This document shows positions 1-12,663 of a stretch of 64,000 nucleotides of DNA, piece after piece. A program made the position numbers and the translations under genes. Position 1 is the stretch's first letter, and every line of letters starts with the position of its first letter. Source of the stretch: Azolla caroliniana (taxonomy: Eukaryota > Plantae > Polypodiophyta); the NCBI GenBank assembly GCA_043228905.1, contig JBHGNT010000004.1, forward strand, positions 13,950,001 through 14,014,000, read 5' to 3'. The notes under the pieces are model-generated. The model had not been told where the DNA came from. It made no database searches and saw nothing but the letters and a program-made list of their open reading frames with translations.

Positions 1-48
1 CGTTCTAAAGAAAAAAGTTCACTTGATCATTCTTGTACAGAGTCTCTA

Positions 49-89
<41 letters not shown>

Positions 90-282
90 AAAAATAAAGA
101 GAGCTTCCATTAAAGCTTCATCTGTGTATCTAACATGTGTCTATATCTTCTTGCCCTCCTTTCTTTGTTGTTTGCTTAGCACAACCGACAGATCCGCACA
201 TACGTTTCCACACATATCTGTCTTTCATCTTCTCGTCTATCTTTAGTACTAATTCTACTTGCCTCTAGTACTATCCCTAACA
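1..282 (+). repeat. 3' part of the chromovirus 5' LTR (cut by window start)
   Basis: Ends ...ccctaaCA; 241-274 (ctttagtactaatt..ttgcctctagtactat) matches the end of the LTR at 10635-11084; the rest is divergent. Confidence 0.65.
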
Positions 283-284
283 GT

Positions 285-296
285 TTGAACCGAATT
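285..296 (+). promoter_or_regulatory. Self-priming type primer-binding site (no tRNA TGG motif)
   Basis: ttgaaccgaatt just after the LTR is the exact reverse complement of aattcggttcaa (10858-10869), 33 nt downstream of the LTR TATAAATA (10825). Confidence 0.7.
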
Positions 297-413
297 TCCC
301 ATCTTCATATCCATCATTCCCTTCATACAAATCTTCTTATCCTTTCTTCCCCCAATACTAAGGCAACTATTAGCGCTCAAGAATACCAATCTGTCTTCTC
401 AGAGCTATAGTGC

Positions 414-2927
414 TTGAAAGAAAAGTTTGTAGCGCTAGAACAAGAAAATCTACAGTTGTTGGGGGAACTTCAACAAATCTCTCTAGAGAAGCAGCAAACG
501 CAACAACAACATGGAGAGTTGGCGTTATGTGTGCAACAACTTGAAGCAACCATTGTGTCATTACAACAAGGACCAAGTACTCAAGGAATTCAGAAAGAAC
601 CCAAGATTGGTCTTCCTACAAAATTCAATGGAACGTGATTCAAATTCAGTGGATTCCTTAATCAAGTACGTCTTTGTGATTCAAATGCATCCTTCCCGAT
701 ATCCCACCGACGCATCATGAGTGGGACTAATAGGCACGTTGCTTAGTGGCACAGCTTTGGCATGGTTCGCTCCTTTGTTAGAACAAGGATCTCCATTGTT
801 AAATAATTTTGAGGAGTTTATTAGCGAGTTTAAAGCTTGTTTCGGGGAGACCAATAGAATTAGGACGGCAATCAATAAAATCTGAAGATTGCAGCAAGGT
901 CATCCTCCAGCCTCCGCTTATGTTGCCAATTTCCCTCTACTCGTCGCCAATATTCCCTGGGATGACCTAGCATTGATGGACCAGTTTCAATATGGCCTAC
1001 GAAATGATATCAAAGATTTACTACTGACTTTCCTGAAAGAACCAAAGTCATTCACAGAGGCAATCAAGCGAGAGGTATGTTGCAATAACAGACTTTTCGA
1101 ACGACGTTCAAAACGCAGTTACAAATGCCAAGAACAAGGTCGGCGCCCACATATGCCTCAGTTGTAGCAAAACCTTTTGCAAGGGAGTCATATAATGCGT
1201 CTCTAGCAAATACTCCAACTCTGATTGAAATTGACACCACACGTCATCACGGACCATTATCGGAAGAGGAAAAGCAGTGACGCCGAACAAATCAACTATG
1301 TCTTTATTGGGGTGGACTGGGGCATATTGCAATGAACTGTCCGCATAGCCCAAGAAGACAGGTAAATCAAATAGCCGCTAGTACTAATAGTACTAAAGCT
1401 GAGTCTTTTCCATTAGGAGTGTCTGATAGTCCTAATAGCCGAAGCCTATCAAACAAATTCGAAGTCCTTAGTCAACTAGAAGAAGAGTTAAACGACTATG
1501 TCCAACCAAAATAGGAGCCATTTGGTTGGATAGCCCTAGATCTGTGCAGCCTATTAGTGGTTCCATTCCCTCTAAGCAAGCTAGCAATGTCTTCCTAGCT
1601 CAAGTAACAATTAGTACTAAAAGTAACCCTCCAATATATATCTTAGTACTCCTAGATTCTTGAGCCAATTCTTGCTTCGTGGATAAGAATTTCGCCCAAG
1701 CTCATCAAATATCCCTAAGAAAACTCCTTTGCCCAGCTTTTGTAGTAGTCATTGATGGTCGCCCCATTGCTTCGGGAAATATTATAGAAGAATCAGAGCT
1801 TATTAGTGTTGTCCTAAAAGTTCAATCCGAATCATTATATTTCTAGATTTTCTTTCCCAAACAAAGTAGTTTGGTAGTTTGATATATTCCAGTTATTTGA
1901 TCATAGAAATGCCCAGATGGACCCTCAACGGGGGTTAGTTTTATACATAATTAGGCATGTGTGGTATCATTTAATATAATTAGTAGTCTAGAGCATCCAA
2001 TTGTTTTGGGGTTACCATGGTTCGAATTACACAATCCGAACATAGATTGGAGAACAAGAGAAATCAGGTATCGACAATCTCGAGAATCTACTCACAAGAT
2101 TTTAACAATTTCGTTACATCAATTGCGTGAGGAAGGACGCAAGGAATCAATGTTTCTATTCACAGCATTAGTGAAACCTTCCAACACCACTAAGGAGGAG
2201 TCAACAATTCAACTTCCAAAGAAGTATCATCATTACTCTGACGTTTTTGATAAGGTAAAATCTAGTACTCTTCCTCACCATCGACCGTATGATTGTCCCA
2301 TTGATTTTTTACAACTAGGAATAGAGCCACCGTGGGGACCGATCTACAACTTGTCACCAACCGAGCTTGAAGTTCTTTGAGCCTACATAGAGGAAAATTT
2401 GGCAAACGGGTTCTTTTGACATTCGAAATCTCTAGCTAGCGCACCTATTTTCTTCATCAAGAAAAAAGATGGCTCACTTCGTCTAGTCGTGGATTACTGT
2501 TGCTTGAATAAGGTCACCATCAAGAATAGGTATGCACTTCCCCTAATCTCAAGTCTTTTAGAAAGGATTAATGGCGCAAAGTTTTCACAAAAATTGACTT
2601 ACGAGGAGCATATAACCTTGTACGGATTCGACCGGGAGAAGAATGGAAGACAACTTTCCGTATTCGATATGGGCACTTCGAGTATACGATTATGCCATTC
2701 GGCCTCACCAATGCGCCGGCAATCTTCCAACACATGGCAAATGAAATATTCCGAGATCTTTTGGACATTTGTTTGATCATCTTCTTGGATGATCTACTAG
2801 TTTATTCAAAGACACGGGAGGAGCATGATTCTCATGTACTATTAGTACTAAGACGACTACGAGAACATGGTCTTTATACAAAGCTGGAAAAGTGTAATTA
2901 TGACAGTAAGCAAGTGGAATTTGTCCG
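414..2927 (+). pseudogene. Chromovirus gag-PR-RT N-part, disrupted
   Basis: Fragments with retrotransposon gag, [30 protein letters not shown] and FLDD motifs; an AT-rich ~130-bp insertion at ~1817-1947. Confidence 0.9.
1487..1530 (+). promoter_or_regulatory. Putative -1 ribosomal frameshift signal at the gag/pol junction
   Basis: G TTA AAC (1487-1493) in gag frame, 7-nt spacer, perfect 10-bp stem tccaaccaaa/tttggttgga (1501-1510/1521-1530); the PR motif is in the -1 frame, open from this site. Confidence 0.65.
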
Positions 2928-3323
2928 TGTAAAAAGTAGCGTGTGGAAGCAAGTATGAAGACTGAACATAAGGAAGGAAACTTAGGTTCAATGGAGAGCT
3001 TGAGCTTACACGCTATACGCGGGAGAGACAGAGAGAGAGTGAGAGAGAAGATACAAAACTATATTCAACAATAATACTCAGTCTGTACATAAGACGTGCT
3101 TCAGTGAGCACTATTATACAAGTCCTAGAAGGACTGACCAAAGTACTGACAGTACTTCAATGCTCATTAAGAGCTCCTACACTAATTCCCAAATATATTC
3201 CTCATGGAATATCTTTCCTAACGACCTCCCGGTGTACGCACTCGGCCTAGCCGATTGGTCCCAACCGATCCAGTCCTCGGCTTCTTCAGCCGAACCGGCC
3301 GATGTTGAGCTTGTCTCTCAACA
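2928..3323 (-). repeat. copia-1 3' LTR
   Basis: Direct repeat of 8014-8403, next to the PPT. Confidence 0.95.
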
Positions 3324-3843
3324 CTCCCCCTCAAGCTCAACTCGAGGCTCTTCGGGATCCTCGGGCTCACAACTCCGGTTCCTCCTGGCTTCACGCCTCG
3401 CTCTCGCTCCTTGACCTGTTCGACTCTGCACGCTTCGACCCTTCCGGTCGGCTTGTCTGCTCATGTGGCCCTCATCAGCTCTTTTGTTGTTGCAGTGTTG
3501 ACGCTTCTTCTGCTACCTTTTCTTCCGCTTGGGCCTCGGTTGATTCAACGTGTCTGAATCAAACATCCGAACCGACTCGGCTACCTCCGATCGGTTTTTG
3601 CTCTCGTCCGAGTTGGTCGTCTCCAACTCGTCTTCTGTCTTCTCGCCCTCGTTGGCGTCATCTCCCCCATGCGTGGTTGGCTTCGGCTCTTTCCTTCGGT
3701 TGCTCCCCTTCTGTATGCTTCCGGACTTCTCCGATGGTCCACCCTCGGCTTCTTCAGCCGATCCGAAGTTGAACTTGTCAACCAACTCGGTGTCGCGGTC
3801 TCCGCTCCTTTCCTACTGCCTTGCTTGATCGTTCGGGACTGTT

Positions 3844-6800
3844 CTCCCCCTCAAGCTCGGCACTTCAAGGTGACGCAACCCGAGCGCACCTGAGAATTTC
3901 CGCAACTTGTCCAGACCAAGAGGCTTGGTGAAGATGTCGGCAGCCTACCGATCCGTCGGAACGTACTGAAGTTCGACTTCACCGGAAAGGACACGCTCAC
4001 GGACGAAATGGTCTAGTGCACCTCAATGTGCTTGGTCCGTGCGTGGAAAACAGGGTTTTTCGCGAGCTGGATGTTGCAGAGGTTGTCGCAGTAGATCGTC
4101 GTCGGATCGGACACCTCCTCTTGCAGGTCCTTAAGTAGCCGCTTCAACCATATGGCTTCGCATGTCGCGACAGCCGCTCCTCGATACTCCGCTTCGGTGC
4201 TCGACAGTGCAACTGTCGGCTGCTTCTTACTGCTCCACGCGATCGCGGCACTCCTGAGGGAGAACGCGTATCCGGACGTGGATCGGTTATCAACGGCATT
4301 GCCAGCCCAATCAGCATCAGTGTAACCGACTAACTGCGCGGCTGCACCGGTCCGAGATAGCAGTCCTCGGTCCTTAGTGCCATTGACATACCGAAGTGAG
4401 GTAGGTCGCGCCATAAACTGACTGATCACCCCGACCGGATAACTGAGGTCGGGTCGGGTGATGGTCAAGTATATGAGGCTTCCGACAATTTGTCGGAACC
4501 TCGTCGGGTCGCATACCTTTCCCGTATCGGGACGAAGCTTGACGGTTCTGTCCAGAGGAGTCAAGACGGACTTACAGTCGGCCATCCCGAATTTGAAGAG
4601 CATACTCAGCACGTAATGACGTTGGCTGATCAATATGCCTTCTGGGGTACGGATCACTTCATACCCCGAGGAAGTAATGAAGGTCCCCCAGATCCTTCAT
4701 GTCGAACGATCGGACACGCGGGGCTTGCTTCAGTCTGTAAAGGGACTTCTTCAGTCGGCATACTGCCGAGGAGTTCGTTTCTAGAGTGAAATCCGGGGGG
4801 TTGTACCATGTACACCTATTCCTCAAGGTCACCTTGCAGGAACGCATTCTTTACAACCATCTGATGTAAGTGCCACCCCTTGGCCGCGGCTACTGCGAGC
4901 AAAACACGGACGGTCGTCATTTTCGCAACCGGCGCAAACGTCTCATCGTAGTCGATGCCGTGTTTCTGCGCGTAGCCTTTTGCCACTAGCCGAGCCTTGT
5001 ACCGGTTGACCGAGCCATCGGTGTTGTACTTGACCTTGTACACCCACCTACACCCGATCGGCTTCACACCTCTTGGTGCGTCAACCAGGTCCCAGGTCTC
5101 GTTTTCCGCCAATGCGTGCATCTCTTCCTCCATCGCGGCGCGCCAATTCGCGTCCTTCGCCGCTTCTGCGTAGCTCTCTGGCTCATGCACTTCCGCTACA
5201 CGGGTCATGTACGCATAATGATGCGCCATGTACTCGTTGTATCCAAACCGCAAAACAGGATTCTTCTGGCGGGTAGATCGGCGTAATCTCTCATTAGCCG
5301 ATGTCAAGGCCTTCTCAGTCAACACAACCTTCACCTTTAAAGACCCGTCACCGGTTCCCTCGGAGTCGGACTCGCGTCGGTCTGACTCGTTCCTTTCCGT
5401 GCCGGAAGCCGACACCTTCTTATTCCCTTTCTCTTTGCGCGTAAGCCGTCTCCTCGGCTTCCTGCGCGGAGAATGCACGTCCGAGTCTCCACTACTCGCC
5501 GGCTCTTGATCGGACTGGTCGTACCGACTCAATCGTCCAATCGGTCCACTTAACCGGAGTGAAATCGGACTCTCTTCGCGGGTCTCGATTTCGGGCTCAT
5601 TCAGAGGCATCTCGGCCTCACTGACCTCATCGTCAGAGCTCGGATGGGAGTCGAGGTTCGTAGTCGGGGGCAGGTACCAGGACGCGGACTCGTCAAACAC
5701 AACATCGCGGCTGACATGCGCTTGTTTGGTGAGAGGGTTATAACACTTATAACCCTTCTGCTCGTCCGAGTAACCGACCAAGATGCATTTCTCGGCCTTT
5801 GCGTCCAGCTTCCTCCTTTTCTCCTTCGGTACATGCACATACGCAATGCTACCGAACACCCTCAAGTGTCGCAAGTTCGGCTTCGTTCTGAAATATAGCT
5901 CGTGCGCCGACACTTTGTCTCCGATCCGGTTCTAAATGTATACCGCGGTCCTTACTGCCTCGGCCCAATAGAACTTGGGCAAGCTCTTCTCCTCCAGCAT
6001 TGCCCGTGCCGCTTCCACAATCGACTGATTCTTTCTCTCGGCCACGCCGTTCTACTCCGGCGTGTATCTACAACTGAATTCGCGGCGAATTCCCATTTGT
6101 TGTAGGTAACCGTTGAATTGACCGAAAAAGTACTCTTTCCCGCCATCTGACCGCAAGCACTTGATCTTTCGTCCCGTTTCGGCTTCCACGAACCTTTTGA
6201 GGTCCCAGAAACAGTCGAAGACTTCGCTCTTCCTCTCAATGAGGTAGATCCACATGTGCCGCGTGTGGTCGTCGATGAAGGAGACGAAATATCGGCTCCC
6301 GCCAAGACTAACGTTTTGTGCCAGCCCCCACACATCCGAGTGTATAAGGTCAAGCTTGTTCCGGCTCCGGTTTCACTCGTTGGGGAAAGGAAGTCGGTGT
6401 TGCTTCCCGAGCTGGCAGGATTCACAAATTTGTGCCTTTCGGCCACTAAACTTGGGCAATCCGAACACTACCTGTTTCGATTGCAGATCTTGAAGCCGCT
6501 GGTAATTGACGTGGCCTATCCGCTTGTGCCACAAGTCGATGTCCGACTCGACTTTTTGTCCCTTTGTGAACAGTGCGGTGCCGCCGTCAGTGGAATCGAG
6601 GATGAACATCCTCCCGTCTCTACGCCCTTGCGCAATCACACGGCCTTCTTCCTTAATGAAGCACCCGAGGTGTGTAAACCGAACCTCCATCCCTTGGTCG
6701 ACGATCTGTCCGACCGAGACCAAGTTTTTCGTGATTGTCGGGACGTGCAGCACATTCATGAGTTTCCCTTTCTACCCGACGTGGCTAAGGGGAACTTCTT

Positions 6801-7941
6801 CGACATTCGCGATCGGATGCGAAGTGTCGTCTCCTGTTGCGACTACTCCAGGTTGTATCGGTTTTTCAAGGTACGAGAACCACTCCTTATGGCTCGTCAT
6901 GTGGTTTGACGCGCCAAAGTCTACGTACCACACCTCGTCCGATCTCGGGGTGCTCTGTTTCATTGAGTTTGCTTCGTGTCTCGTCACGAAGGCAGACCCT
7001 TCACCAGCTCTCTCGGAGTCTTTGGCGTAGTGCAATCGCTGCCGATTTCCCTTGTCGGTATGTCTGGAGCCGTTCCCGGAACCAGTTCTCTCCGAATCGG
7101 CGCGCTTCTTCCAGCACTCACTTTCCCTATGGCCTTTCTTGCCACAGTACCAGCACTCCGCGATGGACTTCCCTTGCCGGTTCTCATCGCTTCGACTCCC
7201 CCTGTTTCCGGAGGGTTCGGAGTTGCTGTCGGCATCACTTTGGTGCCTTCTTCCTTGATCCCGTCGGTCGCCTTCATTGCGCCCCGACTCGCCTCGTCCT
7301 CCACGTCCACGGGGCCTATCTCCCTCCATGTACAGCATTCTCCTGTCGGCGTGCGTGCTTGTAGACGCACCCGCGTGATTCTCCTCTACCAGGAGCATCG
7401 ACTGTAAGTCGAAAAAGGACGGCGTATTCTCCTGGGTACACACAGCCGTTCGGAACGCTCCGAACTTCGACGCCAAACCTTCGAGACAGATCTGGACCAT
7501 CTCGCTCTCCTCGATGTTCACCTCTATGGAGACGAGGGAGTCGCAGATATCCTTGATCTTCGAGGTATAGTCCGCCACCGACAAGTCGCGTTGTCGTAGG
7601 TTGCTCAACTCCTGTCGGAGCTGAAGCTTCCTAGCTGTGGTGCTCGCGGCGAAAATCTTCTTCAAATTTTCCCACGCACCCTTCGGCGTCTTTGCATCCC
7701 GAACATAGCTCAATAGTTGTTCGCCCACACACGACGCGAAGCAGTATAATACCCTCCTCGCCGATTGCTCACATGATGGGAAGTCTCTGTGTGTCGATTC
7801 GGGTGCCGCGTCATTAGCTCCTTCGACATAACTCCAGTAGCCATGCCCAAGCAGGTACTGGTGCATCTTGTAGGACCAAGACACGTAGTTGGTTCTGTCG
7901 AGCTTCTCTGTTGGAAGCGAGCTCGCCATGCCTCTATCCAT
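3844..7941 (-). pseudogene. copia-1 gag-pol polyprotein, broken by stops, frameshifts and an RT deletion
   Basis: CWYCGKKGHRESEC knuckle, WYVDFGASNHMT protease, LWHKRIGH..CESC and SDGGKEY integrase, [19 protein letters not shown] RNase H; LKQAPR fused to FDMKDLG, so the YVDD segment is deleted. Confidence 0.93.
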
Positions 7942-8013
7942 CGTTCTTCTCGTTCTTCTTCGTCAAGCTGTGTCGGCTGCAGAGAGGTTCTCAACCCTCG
8001 CGCTCTGATACCA

Positions 8014-8403
8014 TGTAAAAAGTAGCGTGCGGAAGCAAGTATGAAGACTGAATAGAAGGAAGCTCAGGTTCAATGGAGAGCTTGAGCTTAAACGGTATAC
8101 GCGGGAGAGACAAAGAGAGTGAGAGAGAAGATACAAAACTATATTCAACAATAATACTCAGTTTGTACATAAGACGTGCTTCAGTGAGCACTTTTATACA
8201 AGTCCTAGAAGGACTGACCGAAGTACTAACAATACTTCAATGCTCATTAAGAGCTTCTACACTAACTCCCAAATATATTCCTCACGGAATATCTTTCCTA
8301 ACGACCTCCCGGTGTACGCACTCGGCCTAGCCGATTGGTCCCAACCGATCCAGTCCTCGGCTTCTTCAGCCGAACCAGCCGATGTTGAGCTTGTCTCTCA
8401 ACA
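8014..8403 (-). repeat. copia-1 5' LTR
   Basis: Direct repeat of 2928-3323, next to the PBS. Confidence 0.95.
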
Positions 8404-10621
8404 ATCCGCTATGTCATTCCTCGGAAGGCATCTCTATGGATCCGGCTAAAGTCCAAACTGTGCTAGAGTGGCAGACTCCACATTGGTTGCGAGATGTGCA
8501 ATGCTTTCTAGGATTCGCAAACTTCTATCGCAAGTTTATACAAGACTACTCAAAGCTTATTTTGTCGCTCACAAAACTTACAAAGAAGGGTCAATCGTTT
8601 GTTTGGTCTAAGGAATCGAACACGGCTTTTGAGGGTCTCAAGAAAGCATTTACATCGGCTCCTGTTTTAGCTCATGTTGATCCGCAAAAACCATTTATCT
8701 TGGACACAAACGCGTTAGATTTCGCCCTAGGTAGTATTTTATCACAACAAGGCGACGATGAGAAGCTACATCCCTTGGCGTTTCACTCACGCAAATTTGA
8801 TGCAGCTGAAATCAACTATGAGATACATGACAAGGAGCTATTAGCAATAGTGGACTCTTTTGCACAATGGAGGCATTTTTTAGAAGGATCTCCTCATCAG
8901 TGATCACAAGAATGATCACAAGAATCTTGCCTACTTTCAAAATGCTTGCGTGTTAAATAGACGACAAGGTCGGTGGGCCCAATTCCTCACTCATTTTGAT
9001 TTTAAGATTACATATCAACCAAGCAAGTAATAGGGTAAGGCGGATGCATTATCACGACACTCGTATCTAGCTCCTCATCCCGGCGATCCGGCCTTCAACA
9101 ATCAAAAGCAAGTAATCCTGGGACCGACAAGACTTCAACCAACGTGGGTCTTTGACACTCCATTGGGTTCCTGCATTATCGATACCATACGTGAAGATTT
9201 GAAGACAGATGTCTTCGCTCAAGCTATTCTAGATCAAATCGATTCTTCTCGAGCATCTTGTTCACAATCACAACAACCAGGTATAGATTATCAACAATTT
9301 GAATGTCATAATGGATTACTCTTCTTTAAGAAACTATTGTATGTTCCCAATGGTTTGTGCCGCCTTTGAATAGTACAAAATTGTCATGACACATATACAG
9401 TCGGACATTTTGGTAGTACTAAAACATTGGATTTAGTACAACGATCATTTTGGTGGCCCCGTATGTGAAGATTTGTCGAAGACTATGTTTGGACATGTGA
9501 TACATGTTGTAGAGCGAAGATGTCAAGACATCATCCATATGGTTTGTTGGAGCCATTACCAATCCCAAGCAAACCATGGCAATCTATTTCTCTCGATTTT
9601 ATCACAGATCTTCCGAATTCGAGGGGTTTCAATGCAATCTTAATAGTGGTAGATCAATATACTAAGATGGCACATTTCGTGCCCTGTATTATTTCGGCAT
9701 CATGGTCTTCCCGATAGTATCATCAGTGATCGTGGACCTCAATTCGTCTCTAAATTTTGGAAGCATCTCTTCAAAATGCTCAAGGTCACTTGCAATCTCT
9801 TCTCCGGCTATCATCCTCAAACAAATGGACAAGCAGAACGTACCAATCAAATGTTGGAACATTATTTTCGGTGCTTCCTAAGTTATCAACAAGATGATTG
9901 GGTAGATATTCTACACTTTGCTAAATTTGCTTATAATAATTTTATCCACTCCTCTACTAGGGTTACACCATTCTCCGTTATACCGGTTATAATCCTCGTT
10001 GGTGTGTGTTAGAAACTCTTGAGTTACCCACAAATCCTAGTGCAGAGGATCATTTGGAGCGGCTACGACGAATTTAGGCAGAACTATCTATCCATCTACA
10101 TCGTACCCAACAAACACAAAAGGATTATGTGGATCGTCATCAGATTCCATTTTCTTTTGATATTGGAGATTGAGTATGGCTATTACGACGACACATCAAG
10201 ACTACTCGACCGTGTGACAAACTGGATTATCAACGGTTAGGCCCTTTCCGTATTAACGGAAAAATTAATGATGTCATTTTGTGCCTTGATCTACCTCCGC
10301 AACTACGGATACATCTGGTATTTCATAGTTCTATTCTAGAACCTTATTAGGACACACTATCCTAGATCGTATTTCATCACCTCCACCCCCATCGAACTTG
10401 AAGATGGACCTGAGTATGAGGTTGTTGCCATCCTCGATTCCCAGATGGTTCGCAATAAGCTCTATTATTTAGTCGATGGGCTAAGATATAGTCCAAACGA
10501 GCGTACTTGGGAACCAGTGACGAATTTGGCGAATGCTCAAGCTCTTCTTGAAGACTTCCGTTGTCAATATCCAAACAAACCAGGTCCTCAATCAAAGACG
10601 ACTCGTAACACTCGTCGTTTC
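8404..10621 (+). pseudogene. Chromovirus RT C-part, RNase H, integrase and C-terminal chromodomain, disrupted
   Basis: FLGFANFYRKF, NYEIHDKELLAIV, ISLDFITDLP, YHPQTNGQAER; chromodomain EYEVVAILD..YYLV..TWEP at ~10410-10580. Confidence 0.92.
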
Positions 10622-10634
10622 AAAAGGGGGATAG

Positions 10635-11084
10635 TGTCATGATATGGCTCCAAAAGGATTTGAACCCATGATCTTGTGTTACAAGGGTTGAACCCTTATC
10701 ATTAAACCATACATTGTAATACGAAAGATATTATTTTCATTTATTATTTCACTATAGGAAATTCATGGATATTCCAAATTACTCTAGAACATTCTAGAAA
10801 CTTCAAGAGTACTCCTGGCAATACTATAAATAGAGGCACATGGCATTATTAAGAACCAATTCGGTTCAACATCAGACTTAAGCGTCGTAGTTGTTCTTGT
10901 ATCTTTCTTCATATAATATAATATACTTCCTATTGTCATCACTCTCTCTCTCTCTATCTCTCTCTCTTTCTCTCCCCCTCTCTCGTGATTCTCACACACT
11001 TTTTCTCCTCTATCTTTAGTACTAATTCCCCTTGCCTCTAGTACTATTAGCTTTTGGCTAGTGTACAAAAGTTGATTCCCAACA
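10635..11084 (+). repeat. Chromovirus 3' LTR
   Basis: Follows the PPT, tgtca...ccaaca ends, TATAAATA at 10825. Confidence 0.85.
10786..10810 (+). promoter_or_regulatory. Heat-shock element in LTR
   Basis: aGAAcaTTCtaGAAacTTCaaGAg: four perfect alternating nGAAn units about 20 nt upstream of the TATA box. Confidence 0.6.
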
Positions 11085-12663
11085 ATGAGCTTGCATGCCC
11101 CTTATATAGGCTCCTCAAACTTCTCATGCAAATAAAAATAGCATTCCCGCATTTAGCATGCATCTCCCTTTTAAACTTTCACAACATCCTCCAATTTCTT
11201 TGCAACATCTTCGGCATAACCTTCTAACTCTTGTTCTTCTCATCTACCATAGAAATATTTTCTTATTTCCCTTCCTCACCCTACTATTACTTTTTGTTTT
11301 GAACCACAACAATGTGAGCCACTGTGATTGATGATGCATAGTGAGGATTATAAGATGTAGGTTTTGGCAAATACAATCATGAATATATAAGAATTAACAT
11401 GATGGTATTGTCATATTTTGTTGTGCATTGTCTATGTATTCTAAGATCAAGATTGTCATCTTTGTGGTTCAAGTGAGATATTTGAATATATATTGATTAT
11501 TGTCGTAGGTGAGGTCAAATTTCATATATCTCATCATGACAAGTAATCTTACCTTGGTTAGAAACCATGATTAGACTCTTGTTGAAGACTTGAATTGGTA
11601 ATAGAAGAGCAATGATATGAGCTATTAACCTTTTATCAAGTTGCCATCCTTATCTACATCCACATGTTACCTAATATTTCGACATACTTTATACCCCTAT
11701 TATGTTTAATTTTCACAAGGTTTTTACAACTAAAATTGTATACATATAGCTTAATGCACAACTCGATTCATTTACATATAATGCATCACTTTTAAACTTT
11801 CAATTAGAATGCATACAATGATCTTGCTTACCTCAAAACTATCTTACAACTATGAAGGCACACACTAGCAAGAAACATCAAATTAGCGACAAATGGAGAA
11901 CCCTTTACAAGAATATCAAGAGAGCGAAAATGAGATTTCTGTAATTTTGGTTCATCGTCTTTATGAATGGCGCAATCTGTATAGAACCGAAATGAAAATC
12001 ATAATCTTTGGATATAATGGATCTGAATTTAGAGTGGAATTCCACTAAAAAGTTTTGCACATCAAAATAAAAATATAATTAGTTATATTTATAACTCGAA
12101 CTTCCATACTTATTATTGTCTTGAAAAAATGAACATAAGTAGGTTCACCGAATGGTATAATAGCTTTACAAAATAATCATCCTTGGGGCATCGGAGAACC
12201 TGCAATCATTACAAGCGGTGGTTATTAAGGTTACAACTTACAACAGAAGAAAAACTACTTCTTTTTTCTCGTAAATCGACATTTGTTATTAAAACAAGAT
12301 AATAATACAACCCTTGCTATCTTCACTACTTCAAAGAAAAACTAGTTTTCTTTTTTTTATCTCTGTCCAAATGTCTCTCGTACAACTAGGAGGGGTGCTA
12401 CTGCTATTACTCAAAACGAGGGGCACTTTTTGATACCATTCCGTGATACCTAAGACATGTCTATTGCTCAGTTATATAATTTAAGACAAAGGACATGTCG
12501 TGGTATTTCTCAAACCACGAGTCTTGCTTTCAATAACAAATAATCGTAATAGCAGGGAGTGCCATATTTCAAACTACGAGGCTTGCTTTCAAAAAACAAT
12601 TCATTAAGATGAGTGATATACATATTTGAAATTGGTTCCTTAATAATGAGTTATAATATATAA

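Larger units (their letters stand above)
2928..8403 (-). mobile_element. Full-length Ty1/copia LTR retrotransposon (copia-1), degenerate
   Basis: LTRs 2928-3323 and 8014-8403 (TG..CA); tRNA-iMet PBS tggtatcagagc at 8002-8013 (-); PPT 3324-3335; TSD gtccg/atccg (1 mismatch); gag-PR-INT-RT-RH order. Confidence 0.96.
1..11084 (+). mobile_element. Decayed Ty3/gypsy chromovirus (Tcn1/Tf1-like) LTR retrotransposon, interrupted by a copia at 2928-8403
   Basis: Order gag (degenerate Zn knuckle ~1297-1343), PR (LLDS*AN ~1646), RT (FLDD ~2782), RH, INT, chromodomain; PPT aaaaggggg at 10622-10630; 3' LTR TG..CA 10635-11084; many stops and frameshifts. Confidence 0.93.
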
